From an uncultured Pseudomonadota bacterium (GTDB taxonomy: Bacteria; Pseudomonadota; Gammaproteobacteria; Steroidobacterales; Steroidobacteraceae), in NCBI GenBank assembly GCA_963768485.1, contig CAVYHZ010000002.1, positions 1,284,902-1,348,901 on the forward strand: a stretch of DNA of 64,000 nucleotides. The letters are read 5' to 3'. This document shows positions 33,887-46,224 of this stretch, piece by piece. How positions within the stretch are numbered: the stretch's first letter is position 1; each line of letters opens with the position of its first letter. The notes beneath the pieces are model-generated. The model did no database searches. It was not told where the DNA came from and worked only from the letters and a program-made list of their open reading frames with translations. Made by a program: the position numbers and the translations under genes.

Positions 33887-35667
33887 GCGCACCCGCGTTC
33901 ATCGATCACACCTACGACGTGGTCGTGGTCGGCGCCGGCGGCGCGGGACTGCGCGCGACCCTCGGGCTCGCCGAGAGCGGGCTCTCGACCGCCTGCATCA
34001 CCAAGCTCTTCCCGACACGCAGCCACACGGTCGCCGCGCAGGGGGGCATCTCGGCCGCACTCGGCAACATGGGTGAGGACGACTGGCGCTGGCACATGTA
34101 CGACACCGTCAAGGGCTCGGACTGGCTCGGCGACCAGGACGCGATCGAGCTCATGTGCAAGGAGGCGCCCGCGGCGGTCATCGAGCTCGAGCACTACGGC
34201 GTGCCGTTCTCGCGCACCGAGACCGGACGCATTTATCAGCGGCCCTTCGGCGGCATGACGACCCACTACGGCAAGGGCATCGCGCAGCGCACCTGCGCGG
34301 CCGCCGACCGCACCGGGCACGCGATGCTGCACACGCTCTATCAGCAGTCGATCCGCCACGCGGCGACCTTCTTCGTCGAGTATTTCGCCATCGATCTCAT
34401 CATGGAGGACGGCGTGTGCCGGGGCGTGGTGGCGCTCGATCTGGCCGAGGGCACGCTGCACCGCTTCCGCGCGCACATGACGATCCTCGCCACCGGCGGC
34501 TACGGGCGCACCTATTTCTCCTGCACCTCGGCGCACTCCTGTACCGGCGACGGCAACGCCATGGTGCTGCGCGCGGGGCTGCCGCTGCAGGACATGGAGT
34601 TCGTGCAGTTCCATCCCACCGGCATCTACGGCGCGGGCTGCCTGATCACCGAAGGGGCGCGCGGCGAGGGCGGCTACCTCACCAATTCCAAGGGCGAGCG
34701 CTTCATGGCGCGCTACGCCCCCAATGCCAGGGATCTCGCCTCGCGCGACGTGGTGAGCCGCGCGATGACGGTCGAGATCCGCGAGGGCCGCGGCGTCGGC
34801 CCCGAGCATGACTACATCGAGCTGCACCTCGAGCACCTCGGGGCCGGTGTGATCCACGAGCGCCTCCCCGGCATCGCCGAGACCGCGCGCATCTTCGCGG
34901 GTGTGGACGTGACCCGCGAGCCGATCCCGGTGCAGCCCACCGTGCACTACAACATGGGCGGGATCCCCTGCAATCACCGCGGCGAGGTCGTGTGCCCGAA
35001 GGATGGCGACCCGGACAGCGTGGTGCCGGGCCTGATGGCGGTCGGCGAGGCCGCGTGCGTCTCGGTGCACGGCGCCAACCGCTTAGGGTCCAACTCGCTG
35101 CTCGATCTGGTGGTGTTCGGCCGCGAGGCGGCGCGGCGCTGCGTCGAGATCGTGACCCCGGGCGACTCGCATCGCCCGCTCGCCCCCGGCGCCGGCGAGC
35201 CGGCAGTGGCGCGGCTCGAGCGGCTGCGCAATGCAAACGGCGCGCGCGGCACGGCCGCGATCCGCGTCGAGATGCAGAAGACCATGCAGCTCGATGCCGC
35301 GGTGTTTCGCACCGGCGAGAGCCTCGCCTCCGGGATCGACCGCATCGGCCAGACCTTCGAGTCGTTTGCGGACGTGCGCATCAGCGACCGCTCACTCATC
35401 TGGAACACCGATCTCATCGAGACGCTCGAGCTCGAGAATCTGCTGCTGCAGTCGACCGCCACCATCCACTCGGCGGCCAACCGCACCGAGAGCCGCGGCG
35501 CGCACGCCCGCGAGGACTACCCGCAGCGCGACGATACGAACTGGATGAAGCACACCCTGGTGTGGGTCGAGGGGCCGAAGCGCGTGCGCTTCGACTACCG
35601 GCCGGTGCACCTCAACACTCTCACCGACGAGGTGGAGTCGATTCCGCCCAAGGCACGCACGTACTGA
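33883..35667 (+). CDS. sdhA: succinate dehydrogenase flavoprotein subunit
   Basis: [14 protein letters not shown] dinucleotide fold and [10 protein letters not shown] (covalent FAD His). The C-terminus ends ...IPPKARTY. Confidence 0.96.
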   Translation: MSAPAFIDHTYDVVVVGAGGAGLRATLGLAESGLSTACITKLFPTRSHTVAAQGGISAALGNMGEDDWRWHMYDTVKGSDWLGDQDAIELMCKEAPAAVIELEHYGVPFSRTETGRIYQRPFGGMTTHYGKGIAQRTCAAADRTGHAMLHTLYQQSIRHAATFFVEYFAIDLIMEDGVCRGVVALDLAEGTLHRFRAHMTILATGGYGRTYFSCTSAHSCTGDGNAMVLRAGLPLQDMEFVQFHPTGIYGAGCLITEGARGEGGYLTNSKGERFMARYAPNARDLASRDVVSRAMTVEIREGRGVGPEHDYIELHLEHLGAGVIHERLPGIAETARIFAGVDVTREPIPVQPTVHYNMGGIPCNHRGEVVCPKDGDPDSVVPGLMAVGEAACVSVHGANRLGSNSLLDLVVFGREAARRCVEIVTPGDSHRPLAPGAGEPAVARLERLRNANGARGTAAIRVEMQKTMQLDAAVFRTGESLASGIDRIGQTFESFADVRISDRSLIWNTDLIETLELENLLLQSTATIHSAANRTESRGAHAREDYPQRDDTNWMKHTLVWVEGPKRVRFDYRPVHLNTLTDEVESIPPKARTY

Positions 35668-35679
35668 AAGGTCGGCTCG

Positions 35680-36459
35680 ATGGCTGAGTTTCGCTTGCCC
35701 CCGAACTCGCGCCCGCTGCCGGGCGTGACCCACCGTGCCCCCGGGGCACGCGAGCTGCGCACCTTCCGCATCTACCGCTTCAATCCCGACGCCGGCACCA
35801 ACCCGCGCGTCGATACCTTCGAGATCGACGCCAGGAGCTGCGGTCCGATGGTGCTCGATGCGCTGATCCAGATCAAAGCCGCGATCGACTCCTCGCTGAC
35901 CTTCCGCCGCTCCTGCCGCGAGGGCATCTGCGGCTCGTGCGCGATGAACGTGAACGGCATCAACCGCCTCGCCTGCACCACTTCGATGCACGACGTCGGC
36001 ACCGAGATCCGTATCTACCCGCTGCCGCACATGCCGGTGGTGAAGGACCTGGTCACCGACCTCACGAACTTCTACGCGCAGTACGCCTCGGTGAAACCCT
36101 GGCTGCAGGCGCGCACCCCGGCGCCGCCGGATCACGAGCGGCTGCAGAGCAAGGAGGAACAGGAGAAGATCGACCGGCCGGCCGCCTGTATCCTGTGCGC
36201 CTGCTGCTCGACCGCGTGCCCGAGCTACTGGTGGAACAGCGAAAAGTTCCTGGGTCCCGCGGCGCTGCTGGCCGCCTACCGCTGGATCATCGACAGCCGC
36301 GACGAGGCGACCGGGGAGCGGCTCGATGAGCTCGAGGATCCCTTCCGGCTGTATCGCTGCCACACCATCATGAACTGCACCGATGTCTGTCCGAAGGACC
36401 TGAACCCCGCGCGGGCGATCGCCGAGATCAAGAAGATGCTGGTCGAGCGGGCCGGCTGA
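35680..36459 (+). CDS. sdhB: succinate dehydrogenase iron-sulfur subunit
   Basis: 2Fe-2S ([11 protein letters not shown]), 4Fe-4S and 3Fe-4S Cys clusters ([24 protein letters not shown]). Confidence 0.96.
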   Translation: MAEFRLPPNSRPLPGVTHRAPGARELRTFRIYRFNPDAGTNPRVDTFEIDARSCGPMVLDALIQIKAAIDSSLTFRRSCREGICGSCAMNVNGINRLACTTSMHDVGTEIRIYPLPHMPVVKDLVTDLTNFYAQYASVKPWLQARTPAPPDHERLQSKEEQEKIDRPAACILCACCSTACPSYWWNSEKFLGPAALLAAYRWIIDSRDEATGERLDELEDPFRLYRCHTIMNCTDVCPKDLNPARAIAEIKKMLVERAG

Positions 36460-36463
36460 AGCG

Positions 36464-36733
36464 GTGAACGCGAACGGCAGCAGGGCTCCGGGGCGGCTGC
36501 TGTGGCGCTGCCGGCGCGGGATGAAGGAGCTCGACGTGATCCTCGAGCGTTTCGCGCGCGAGGGGCTGCCGCGGGCCTCCCCCGCCGAGTACGCCGCGTT
36601 CGAGCGCTTTCTCGGCCTCGCGGATCCCGAGATCGCCGCATGCCTGCTCGCCGACGCACGCCTCGAGGACCCACTTATGCAGGCGCTGGCGGTTCGTATC
36701 CGCGATTTATGTCACGGTTCTCCGGTATGCTGA
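36464..36733 (+). CDS. sdhE: FAD assembly factor SdhE
   Basis: 89-aa ORF starting at GTG, with the RCRRGMKELDVIL (RGxxE) motif. Follows sdhB. Confidence 0.88.
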   Translation: MNANGSRAPGRLLWRCRRGMKELDVILERFAREGLPRASPAEYAAFERFLGLADPEIAACLLADARLEDPLMQALAVRIRDLCHGSPVC

Positions 36734-36758
36734 ACTTTCACGGGGGGTCCGGGTCTAT
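36732..36758 (+). promoter_or_regulatory. putative sigma-E (ECF) type autoregulated promoter of rpoE
   Basis: GAACTT (36732-36737), a 16-nt spacer, then TCTAT (36754-36758). It lies about 45 nt upstream of the rpoE ATG and resembles the GAACTT-N16-TCnnA RpoE/AlgU consensus. It overlaps the sdhE stop codon. Confidence 0.45.
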
Positions 36759-36803
36759 CCAGCGCGCGACGTGGCGGCCTTCGCCTGCAAGGTAGAGGGG
36801 CGC

Positions 36804-37409
36804 ATGGGCGCCGACGCAAGTGATCTGAGCCTGGTGCGCCGCGTGCAACGCGGAGATAAGGGGGCATTCGATGCGCTGGTCCTTAAGTACCAGCATAAGC
36901 TCGTCAAGCTGGTCATGCGCTACGTGCGCAACCCGGCCGAGGCCGAGGACATCGCCCAGGAGGCCTTCATCAAGGCCTACCGCGCCCTGCCGCAGTTCCG
37001 CGGCGACAGCGCTTTTTATACCTGGCTCTACCGGATCGCGATCAATACCGCCAAGAACGCCGTAGTGTCCCGCGACCGCAGCCCGATCGAATACAACATC
37101 GACCGCAACAACGAAGAGTCGTACGAGATGCAAGGACGGATGAAGGATTCCGAAACGCCCGAGGGACTGGTGCTGACGGATGAGATCCGCACGACCGTGA
37201 ATGCCGCCATCGAGGCGTTGCCGGAGGACTTGCGCACCGCGATCGTGCTGCGCGAGCTCGAGGGGCTTTCGTACGAGGAGATCGCCGCCGCCATGGATTG
37301 CCCGGTGGGGACGGTGCGCTCGCGCATCTTCCGCGCGCGCGAGGCGATCGACCGGCGCTTGCGCGAGGTTTTCGAAGGCGGCCTGGGCCGTACCGAGGAG
37401 CTGGGATGA
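36804..37409 (+). CDS. rpoE: RNA polymerase ECF sigma factor RpoE/AlgU
   Basis: Sigma-70 region 2 (DIAQEAFIKAYRAL..FRGDSAFYTWLYRIAIN) and region 4 (SYEEIAAAMDCPVGTVRSRIFRAR). ATG 36804 is preceded by GAGGGG. Confidence 0.93.
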   Translation: MGADASDLSLVRRVQRGDKGAFDALVLKYQHKLVKLVMRYVRNPAEAEDIAQEAFIKAYRALPQFRGDSAFYTWLYRIAINTAKNAVVSRDRSPIEYNIDRNNEESYEMQGRMKDSETPEGLVLTDEIRTTVNAAIEALPEDLRTAIVLRELEGLSYEEIAAAMDCPVGTVRSRIFRAREAIDRRLREVFEGGLGRTEELG

Positions 37410-38080
37410 ACGAGGAGCTCGACAGCCAGTTGTCCGCAATGTTCGACGACGAGCTCGCGCACGCCGAGTGCGAGCTGCTGGCGCGCCGCCTGTCGCGCGA
37501 CACCGAGCTCAGGGCCCGCTGGGGCCGCTACGCGATGATGGCCGCGGCCATCCGCGCCGAGCGCGGCGTGCGGCTGCACGCGCAGGTGGCGCAGCGGGTG
37601 AGCGCGCTCGTGTTATCCGAGCCGGTACTCGGTGCGGCCGTAGTGGTGCGCGCCACGCCGCCGCGCTGGTGGCGTCCGTTCGCCGGGGTCGCGGCAGCGG
37701 CTGGTGTCGCCGCGGTGTCGATCCTGTGGCTGCGCGGGCAGTCGCCGCTCCCGGGGAGCGCGGCGCAGCCGCCGCTGACCGCCGCGGCCGATACGCGCCC
37801 GGTTGCAACCGCGGCGCCGGTCGCCGCCGCACTGCCGGCGCGCGGGCCGGCTGGTTCCGACAGCTACGTGGTGCCGCCAGCGGCGCACGCTGCGCCGGCG
37901 GTCGTGCCGCCGACCGAGCTCGCCAACTACGTCGTGGCGCACAGCGTCTTCACGGCGCCGGTGGCCCGCGGGAATCTGCTCTCCTCGTTCATGACCAGCG
38001 AGGCGGGGCCCGGCACGGCCGCGATGCCGCAGGACGCCGCCCAGGATCCGCCGCGCAATGCGCCGAGCCACGCGCAGTAG
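37406..38080 (+). CDS. rseA: anti-sigma-E factor RseA/MucA
   Basis: ATGA overlap with rpoE. N-terminal LSAMFDDEL anti-sigma motif, a central TM segment and an Ala/Pro-rich periplasmic part. Confidence 0.78.
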   Translation: MNEELDSQLSAMFDDELAHAECELLARRLSRDTELRARWGRYAMMAAAIRAERGVRLHAQVAQRVSALVLSEPVLGAAVVVRATPPRWWRPFAGVAAAAGVAAVSILWLRGQSPLPGSAAQPPLTAAADTRPVATAAPVAAALPARGPAGSDSYVVPPAAHAAPAVVPPTELANYVVAHSVFTAPVARGNLLSSFMTSEAGPGTAAMPQDAAQDPPRNAPSHAQ

Positions 38081-39110
38081 CGAGCGCCTCAGGGCCCCGG
38101 CGTTGGCCGGGGCGCTGGCCGCGGCCAGCGGAGCGTTTGCGGCCACCGAGCCCGCGGCGCCGCCGGCGCCGGCGCAGTGGCTCGAGCGCATGAACCAGGC
38201 ACTCAACACCCGCAACTACGACGGCACCTTCTCGCACTGGCACGGCGGCACGGTCGAGATGCTGCGCATCATCCACCGCCAGCGTGACGGCCACGTCGCC
38301 GAGCGGCTGGTGTCGCTCGATGGCTCGGGGCGCGAGTTCATCCGCGCCGACTCGAGCCTCACCTGTTATCTCCCCGACAAGCGCACCGTGCTGGTGGAGC
38401 AGCGCCCGGTCGAGGAGTCGCTGGTGGCGTTTCCAGCCGTCAGCGGCCAGACCGCGAGCAACTACGACATCCGCGAAGTCGCGCGCATGCGGTTGAACCG
38501 CCGCGACACACACGTGATCTCGGTGGCGCCGCGCGACGAGTATCGTTACGGCTACCGGCTGTGGATCGACGACGCCACCGCGATGCCGCTCAAGACGCAG
38601 CTGTTCGACACCGACGGCCACGTCATCGAGCAGCTGGTGTTCGCCGATCTGTCGATGCCGGCGCACATTGCCGACGCCGCCTTCCGGCCGGAGGTTGCAA
38701 CCGAGGGCTTCCAGTGGTTGCGCAACGACGCGGCGGCGACGGCCGCCGCGCCGGCCGCCGCGCCGGCCGCGGCGACGGTGTGGAGCGCACTGAAGCTCCC
38801 GCCCGGCTTTCGCATGATGCTGCACCGCGCGCAGACGCTGCCGGGCTCGAGTGCCCCGGTGGATCACCTGGTATTCACCGACGGACTCGCTTCCGTGTCG
38901 GTGTTCATCGAGGTGCAGGCCATGCCGGCCGGTGCGGGCCAGGTGACCGAGGTGCGCGCGGCGCGCGTCGGCTCCTCCTCGGCCTTCTCCACCGTGGTCG
39001 ACGGACACAAGATCACGGCCGTGGGTGAGGTGCCGCCGGCCACCGTGCGCCTGATCGCCACGCAGGTGCGGGCCGAGGCCGCCGCCTCACCCGCCAGCAC
39101 GCACCCTTAA
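38058..39110 (+). CDS. rseB: sigma-E regulatory protein RseB/MucB
   Basis: 350-aa ORF with a signal peptide and WLERMNQA...NYDGTF...SLDG..RE family motifs. Overlaps rseA by 23 nt. Confidence 0.85.
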   Translation: MRRATRSSERLRAPALAGALAAASGAFAATEPAAPPAPAQWLERMNQALNTRNYDGTFSHWHGGTVEMLRIIHRQRDGHVAERLVSLDGSGREFIRADSSLTCYLPDKRTVLVEQRPVEESLVAFPAVSGQTASNYDIREVARMRLNRRDTHVISVAPRDEYRYGYRLWIDDATAMPLKTQLFDTDGHVIEQLVFADLSMPAHIADAAFRPEVATEGFQWLRNDAAATAAAPAAAPAAATVWSALKLPPGFRMMLHRAQTLPGSSAPVDHLVFTDGLASVSVFIEVQAMPAGAGQVTEVRAARVGSSSAFSTVVDGHKITAVGEVPPATVRLIATQVRAEAAASPASTHP

Positions 39111-39119
39111 GTCCGCGAT

Positions 39120-39398
39120 ATGACAGCGCCGCCGGCCGCGGCCGCACGCCTCACCCTGGTGGAGCGCCACGACTGCGAGCTGTGCGAGACCATGGCGCAC
39201 GAGCTCGCCGTGCTCGCGCGTCGTGAGCGCCTGCCGCCGCTCGAGCGCCTCGACGTAGACTCCGATCCGCGGCTATTGCGCCGCCACGGCCTCGATGTGC
39301 CGGTGCTGCTGCTCGACGGGCTGGTGGTGTGCCGGCACCGGCTGGATGCGGCGGAGCTGCTGCGGCTGCTGCGCCCGGGGCCGGCCCCGGCGGGCTGA
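39120..39398 (+). CDS. glutaredoxin-like DUF836 protein
   Basis: 92-aa ORF with a CELC redox motif in a thioredoxin-like context (LTLVERHDCELCE...VPVLLLDG). Confidence 0.75.
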   Translation: MTAPPAAAARLTLVERHDCELCETMAHELAVLARRERLPPLERLDVDSDPRLLRRHGLDVPVLLLDGLVVCRHRLDAAELLRLLRPGPAPAG

Positions 39399-39494
39399 AA
39401 TCCGGCCCGAACGGGCCATAACCACCGAATTTCCCTATAATCCGCCCCGCCGCTGGACTTGGCCACGGCGTGGCTGAGCGGCATTTCCCCCTGC

Positions 39495-41291
<1,797 letters not shown>

Positions 41292-41293
41292 CC

Positions 41294-42364
41294 ATGACGA
41301 ACCTGATGTCGCTGCTCGTACCGCTCGCCTGGCTCGCCGTGCCGGTCGGTCTCATATGCATCGTCGACGACTGGCTGCTGCGACCGCGGCGCGCGCCGGG
41401 AACGCCCGACGCACCGCTGATGCGCGTGCTCTACATGGCGCTGCCGCTGCTGATCGGCGCCGGGGTGCTCAAGCTCCTGGTGGCCGAGCGGCTCGACTTC
41501 AGTGCCGTGCTGCTCGCCATCACCGTGGTCACTGGACTGGTGTGGGCGTTCGACGCCGCGGTGCTGCTTCCCGGGCGCCTCGCCGCGGCGCGCGCCGCCG
41601 GCCGCGATCCGGCCACGACCGTCGAGCCCGGTACGGTCGACTACGCGCGCAGCTTCTTCCCGGTGGCCCTCGTGGTGCTGGTGCTGCGCGCCTTCGTGTT
41701 CGAGCCGTTCCGTATCCCGTCCGACTCGATGATGCCGACGCTGCTCGACGGCGACTTCATCATCGTCAACAAGTACGCCTACGGGCTGCGCCTGCCGGTG
41801 CTCAACCGCAAGATCCTCGCCACCGGGGAGCCGCAGCGGGGCGATGTGGTGGTGTTCCGCTACCCGCTGGACCCCAGCACCAATTTCATCAAGCGCCTGG
41901 TGGGGCTGCCGGGCGATCATGTCGAGGTGCGCGACAACCGTATCGTCATCAACGGCCAGCCGGTGCCGTTCCGGCTCGACGGCAAGTACAACGACGGCTG
42001 CTACATGAATCTGTCGCGGGCCGAGGAGCAGCTTGGCGCCCACACGCACCAGGCGATATTCTGTCCGGTGGCCATCGACCGGCAGCCGTCGCTCCCCGCC
42101 TGCAACCGCAGCGGCCTGCGCGGCTACGTGTGCGGAGACGAGGATGCGCCGGGGTACCTGCGCACCGCAGCGTGGTCCGGCGAGGTGCCGGCGGGGCAGT
42201 ATCTGATGATGGGCGATAACCGCGACAACAGCGACGACGGGCGCTCCTGGGGCTTCGTGCCCGAGGAGAACCTGGTCGGCAAGGCGACCCGGATCTGGTT
42301 CAATTGGGATCCGCACCGCGCCGGCTGGCCGCTCTGGGGCCGCGTCGGCTCGGCGATCCACTGA
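41294..42364 (+). CDS. lepB: signal peptidase I
   Basis: SDSMMPTL (catalytic Ser), KRLVGLPGD (Lys) and GDNRDNSDDGR boxes. Confidence 0.93.
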   Translation: MTNLMSLLVPLAWLAVPVGLICIVDDWLLRPRRAPGTPDAPLMRVLYMALPLLIGAGVLKLLVAERLDFSAVLLAITVVTGLVWAFDAAVLLPGRLAAARAAGRDPATTVEPGTVDYARSFFPVALVVLVLRAFVFEPFRIPSDSMMPTLLDGDFIIVNKYAYGLRLPVLNRKILATGEPQRGDVVVFRYPLDPSTNFIKRLVGLPGDHVEVRDNRIVINGQPVPFRLDGKYNDGCYMNLSRAEEQLGAHTHQAIFCPVAIDRQPSLPACNRSGLRGYVCGDEDAPGYLRTAAWSGEVPAGQYLMMGDNRDNSDDGRSWGFVPEENLVGKATRIWFNWDPHRAGWPLWGRVGSAIH

Positions 42365-42377
42365 GGAGTTTGCTTCG

Positions 42378-42755
42378 ATGCGCAACAGACAACGGGGCGT
42401 GACCTTCATCGGCTGGATCGTGCTGCTGACACCACTGGCGATCGTCGCCTACGCCGGGGTACGCCTGGCGCCGGTGTACCTGAACTACATGAAGGTGGTG
42501 CGGGCGCTCAGCCTGGTGGCGAGCGATGCCTCCGGACATGGCGATCCGAACTCGATCCGCTCCACCATCGACAAGCACTTCGAGATCGACATGGTCGACT
42601 ATCCCACCTCCAAGGACATCAAGGTGACCAAGAGCGCCAACGGCGGGTACGACGTGGAAGCGTCCTACGACGACGAGGCGCCGCTGTTCGCCAACGTCTC
42701 CCTGCACGTGGTGTTCGACAAGATCGTCCACACCGGCGGCGGGAGCGGACCGTAG
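42378..42755 (+). CDS. DUF4845 domain membrane protein
   Basis: 125-aa ORF with an N-terminal TM after RGVTFIGW. It occupies the typical lepB-DUF4845-rnc position. Confidence 0.7.
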   Translation: MRNRQRGVTFIGWIVLLTPLAIVAYAGVRLAPVYLNYMKVVRALSLVASDASGHGDPNSIRSTIDKHFEIDMVDYPTSKDIKVTKSANGGYDVEASYDDEAPLFANVSLHVVFDKIVHTGGGSGP

Positions 42756-42781
42756 CCCATGCGGAGGCGCGCGCGCGCGAC

Positions 42782-43489
42782 ATGACGGGCGCCGACCGGC
42801 CGGTTCGCTGGCTGCGCGAGTCACTCGGCTACGAGCCGCGCGACACCGCACTGTTCGCCGCCGCGCTCACGCATCGCAGCGCCAGCGGACCCAACAACGA
42901 GCGGCTCGAGTTTCTCGGCGACGCCGTCCTCAACCTGGTGGTCGCGCACCACCTCTACCGCAGCTTCCCGCACGCGGCCGAGGGGGATTTGAGCCGCCTG
43001 CGTGCGCGCGTGGTGAGCCGCGAGCCGCTGGCGGAAGTGGCAGCAAGCCTCAAGCTCGGTGAGGTGCTGCAGCTCGGCTCAGGCGAGCTCAAGAGCGGCG
43101 GCTTCCGCCGCCAGTCGATCCTCGCGGATGCACTCGAAGCGGTGTGCGGGGCGATCTTCCTCGACGGCGGCCTCGCCGCCGCCGAGCAGGCGATCACGCG
43201 GCTGCTCGCGCCGCGCATCGCCGCGCTTCCCGACCCGGCGACGCTCAAGGACGCCAAGACCCGCCTGCAGGAGTACCTGCAGGGCCGCAGCCTCGCACTG
43301 CCACGCTACGAGCTCGAGCGCGTCGAGGGCGAGCCGCACGCCCAGACCTTCCGCGTCAGCTGCGAGGTACCCGCGCTCGGACAGCGCGTGCATGGCGGTG
43401 GCTCGAGCCGCCGGCGCGCCGAGCAGCAGGCCGCCGAGCGGATGCTGCGCGAGATCGCACCGGGCGCCGCCGCGGAGCCGCCGCCGTGA
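42782..43489 (+). CDS. rnc: ribonuclease III
   Basis: NERLEFLGDAVL catalytic signature and a C-terminal dsRBD. Confidence 0.95.
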   Translation: MTGADRPVRWLRESLGYEPRDTALFAAALTHRSASGPNNERLEFLGDAVLNLVVAHHLYRSFPHAAEGDLSRLRARVVSREPLAEVAASLKLGEVLQLGSGELKSGGFRRQSILADALEAVCGAIFLDGGLAAAEQAITRLLAPRIAALPDPATLKDAKTRLQEYLQGRSLALPRYELERVEGEPHAQTFRVSCEVPALGQRVHGGGSSRRRAEQQAAERMLREIAPGAAAEPPP

Positions 43490-44388
43490 GCGCGCCCGCG
43501 GCAGTGCCGTTCCGCAGCGGCTTCGCGGCGCTGGTGGGCCGCCCCAATGTCGGCAAGTCGACGCTCCTCAATGCACTCGTCGGCGAGAAGCTCAGTATCG
43601 TCACGCCGCGGCCGCAGACCACGCGCCACCGCATCCTCGGCATCGCGAATCTGCCCACCGCGCAGATCGCCTTCGTCGACACGCCGGGCCTGCACCGCGA
43701 GGGTCGGCGCGCGCTCAACAAGGCCATGAACCGTACGGCGGCGGCGGCGCTCGATGACGCCGACCTGGTGGTGCTGGTGGTGGAAGCGCCGAAATGGGAG
43801 GCGGGCGACGACCTGGCGTTGACGCGCATCGCGCGGGCACAGCGCCCGGCGGTCCTCGCCGTGAACAAGATCGATCGCGTGCGCCCGCGCGCGCGGCTGC
43901 TGCCCTACCTGGCGGCGCTCGCCGCGCGCTACGAGTTTCTCGCCATCGTGCCGGTGTCGGCGCTCAAGTCCGACAACGTCGCGGACCTGCGCGACACGAT
44001 TGCCGCGCACCTGCCGGCGTCCCCGGCGCTGTTCCCCGCGGGCGAGGTGACCGATCGCGGCAGCGCCTTCCGGATCGCCGAGCTGATCCGGGAGAAGCTG
44101 ACCCTCGAGCTCAATCAGGAGCTGCCGTACGGCATCGCGGTCGAGGTCGAGCAGATGCAGGAGGAGGACGGGCAGCTGATGGTCGATGCCTCGATCTGGG
44201 TGGACCGCGAGGGCCAGAAGCCGATCGTCATCGGCGCGCGCGGCGAGCGGCTGAAGCGCGTCGGCCGCGCGGCCCGCCTCGCGGTGAACGAGCTGCTCGG
44301 CCGGCGCACACACCTCAATCTGTGGGTGAAGGTGCGCGAGAACTGGGCGGACAACGCGCGCGCGCTCAAGCAGCTGGGGGTCGAATGA
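43486..44388 (+). CDS. era: GTPase Era
   Basis: GTGA overlap with rnc. GRPNVGKSTLLN, DTPG, NKID and a C-terminal KH domain. Confidence 0.95.
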   Translation: MSAPAAVPFRSGFAALVGRPNVGKSTLLNALVGEKLSIVTPRPQTTRHRILGIANLPTAQIAFVDTPGLHREGRRALNKAMNRTAAAALDDADLVVLVVEAPKWEAGDDLALTRIARAQRPAVLAVNKIDRVRPRARLLPYLAALAARYEFLAIVPVSALKSDNVADLRDTIAAHLPASPALFPAGEVTDRGSAFRIAELIREKLTLELNQELPYGIAVEVEQMQEEDGQLMVDASIWVDREGQKPIVIGARGERLKRVGRAARLAVNELLGRRTHLNLWVKVRENWADNARALKQLGVE

Positions 44389-45116
44389 CGGCGAGTGCGC
44401 GCCGCGTGGCCCTCGCCGCCGGTTACCTGTTGCACCACTACCCGTGGCGCGACACCAGCCGCATCCTCGAGGTGCTCACCCGCGAGCACGGCCGCCTCAC
44501 GCTGTTCGCGCGCGCGGTGCGCGGACCCGGCGCGCGCCTCGCCGCGGTGCTGCAGCCGTTCCGGCCGCTGCTCTTTTCATGGAGTGGGCGGGGCGAGGCG
44601 GCACAGCTGACGCACGCCGAGCGGGGCGACGACTGCGCGGCGCTCCCGCCAGCGAGCGTGATGGCCGCGTTCTATCTCAACGAGCTGCTGCTCAAGCTCA
44701 CCACGCGCCACGACCCGCTGCCGGCGCTGTACGATCACTATCACGCTGCGCTCGCGGCGCTGCGTGCCGGGGCGGCGCTCGAGCCGGCGCTGCGGCTGTT
44801 CGAGAAACGGCTGCTGGAGCAGCTCGGCTACGGTCTCGAGCTCGCGAGCGAGGCGCATGGCGGGGCGGCGCTCGAGCCGGGCGGCCACTATCACTTCCAC
44901 CCGGCGCGCGGCCTGGTGCGCTCGGGTGCGCACCATGCGGGCGCGCTCGCGGGCGACTCGCTGATCGGGCTGCGGGAGGAGCGCCTCGAGGGGGCGCGGG
45001 CGCTCGAGGATGCCCGGCGGGTGCTGCACGCGGCGCTCGCCGCCTGCCTCGAGGGGCGGCCGCTCGCGACGCGGGCGGTGGCCCGATCCATGCTGCGAAA
45101 GGCGGTTGAGTCATGA
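44385..45116 (+). CDS. recO: DNA repair protein RecO
   Basis: ATGA overlap with era. N-terminal OB fold ([20 protein letters not shown]) in a RecO-type layout. Confidence 0.88.
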   Translation: MTASARRVALAAGYLLHHYPWRDTSRILEVLTREHGRLTLFARAVRGPGARLAAVLQPFRPLLFSWSGRGEAAQLTHAERGDDCAALPPASVMAAFYLNELLLKLTTRHDPLPALYDHYHAALAALRAGAALEPALRLFEKRLLEQLGYGLELASEAHGGAALEPGGHYHFHPARGLVRSGAHHAGALAGDSLIGLREERLEGARALEDARRVLHAALAACLEGRPLATRAVARSMLRKAVES

Positions 45117-45844
45117 GCGCTCCCATTGCCCTCGGAGTCAACATCGACCACGTGGCGACGCTGCGCCAGGCGCGCCGCGCCCTGGAGCCCGACCCGGTGC
45201 ACGCCGCGCTCGCCGCCGAGCAGGCCGGCGCCGACAGCATCACGTTGCACCTGCGCGAGGACCGGCGCCACATCCAGGACCGCGACGTGCGGGTCCTCCG
45301 GGGGCTGCTGCAGACGCACATGAACCTCGAAATGGCGGTCACCGAGGAGATGCTCGGGATCGCCGCCGAGGTGCGTCCCGCCGACTGCTGCCTGGTGCCG
45401 GAGAAGCGCACCGAGCTCACCACCGAGGGCGGGCTCGACGTCGCCGGCCAGGCGGCGCGCGTCGCCGCCGCGGCCGCGCGGCTCGCCGCCGCGGGCATCC
45501 GCGTGTCGCTCTTCATCGACCCGGACCCGGCGCAGATCGAAGCCGCCGCGCGCAGCGGCGCGCCGGTGGTGGAGCTGCACACCGGGGCATACGCCGGAGC
45601 CGCCGGGGCGGGACGCGCCACGGAGTTCGAACGGCTGCGCGGCGGCGCCCGACTGGCCGCGCGCCTCGGGCTGAGGGTCCATGCCGGCCATGGGCTCGAC
45701 TATCACAACGTGCAGCCGGTGGCCGCCATCGCGGAGATCGTCGAGCTCAACATCGGCCACGCGATCATCGCGCGCGCGGTGTTCACCGGGCTGACGGAGG
45801 CGGTCGGCGCCATGAAGGCGCTGATGCAGGCGGCGCGCGCATGA
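45113..45844 (+). CDS. pdxJ: pyridoxine 5'-phosphate synthase
   Basis: [24 protein letters not shown] and ELHTG motifs. Confidence 0.95.
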   Translation: MSAPIALGVNIDHVATLRQARRALEPDPVHAALAAEQAGADSITLHLREDRRHIQDRDVRVLRGLLQTHMNLEMAVTEEMLGIAAEVRPADCCLVPEKRTELTTEGGLDVAGQAARVAAAAARLAAAGIRVSLFIDPDPAQIEAAARSGAPVVELHTGAYAGAAGAGRATEFERLRGGARLAARLGLRVHAGHGLDYHNVQPVAAIAEIVELNIGHAIIARAVFTGLTEAVGAMKALMQAARA

Positions 45845-46224
45845 TCTTCGGCATCGGCGTCGACGTGCTCGAGGCGGCGCGCATCAAGCGCACGCTGGAG
45901 CGATTCGGCGAGCGCTTCATCGACCACCTGCTGCTGCCGGCGGAGCGCGCCCAGCTCGAGCGCACGCAGCGCCGCGAGCGCTTCCTCGCCATGCGCTTCG
46001 CCGCCAAGGAGGCGATCGTCAAAGCCATGGGAACCGGCTTCGCGCACGGTATGTGGATCCGCGACGTCGGCGTGGTGCAGAACGCCTGGGGCAAGCCCGA
46101 AGTGGTGTTCTCGGCGCGCGGCGAGCAGGTGCGGCGCGCGCTCGGCGTCGGCGACGCGCACGTGACGCTCACCGATGAGGCAGGACTCGTGGTGGCGGTC
46201 GCGGTGCTGCTCAAGGCCGCATGA
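45841..46224 (+). CDS. acpS: holo-ACP synthase (4'-phosphopantetheinyl transferase)
   Basis: [11 protein letters not shown] and [10 protein letters not shown] motifs. ATGA overlap with pdxJ. Confidence 0.93.
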   Translation: MIFGIGVDVLEAARIKRTLERFGERFIDHLLLPAERAQLERTQRRERFLAMRFAAKEAIVKAMGTGFAHGMWIRDVGVVQNAWGKPEVVFSARGEQVRRALGVGDAHVTLTDEAGLVVAVAVLLKAA

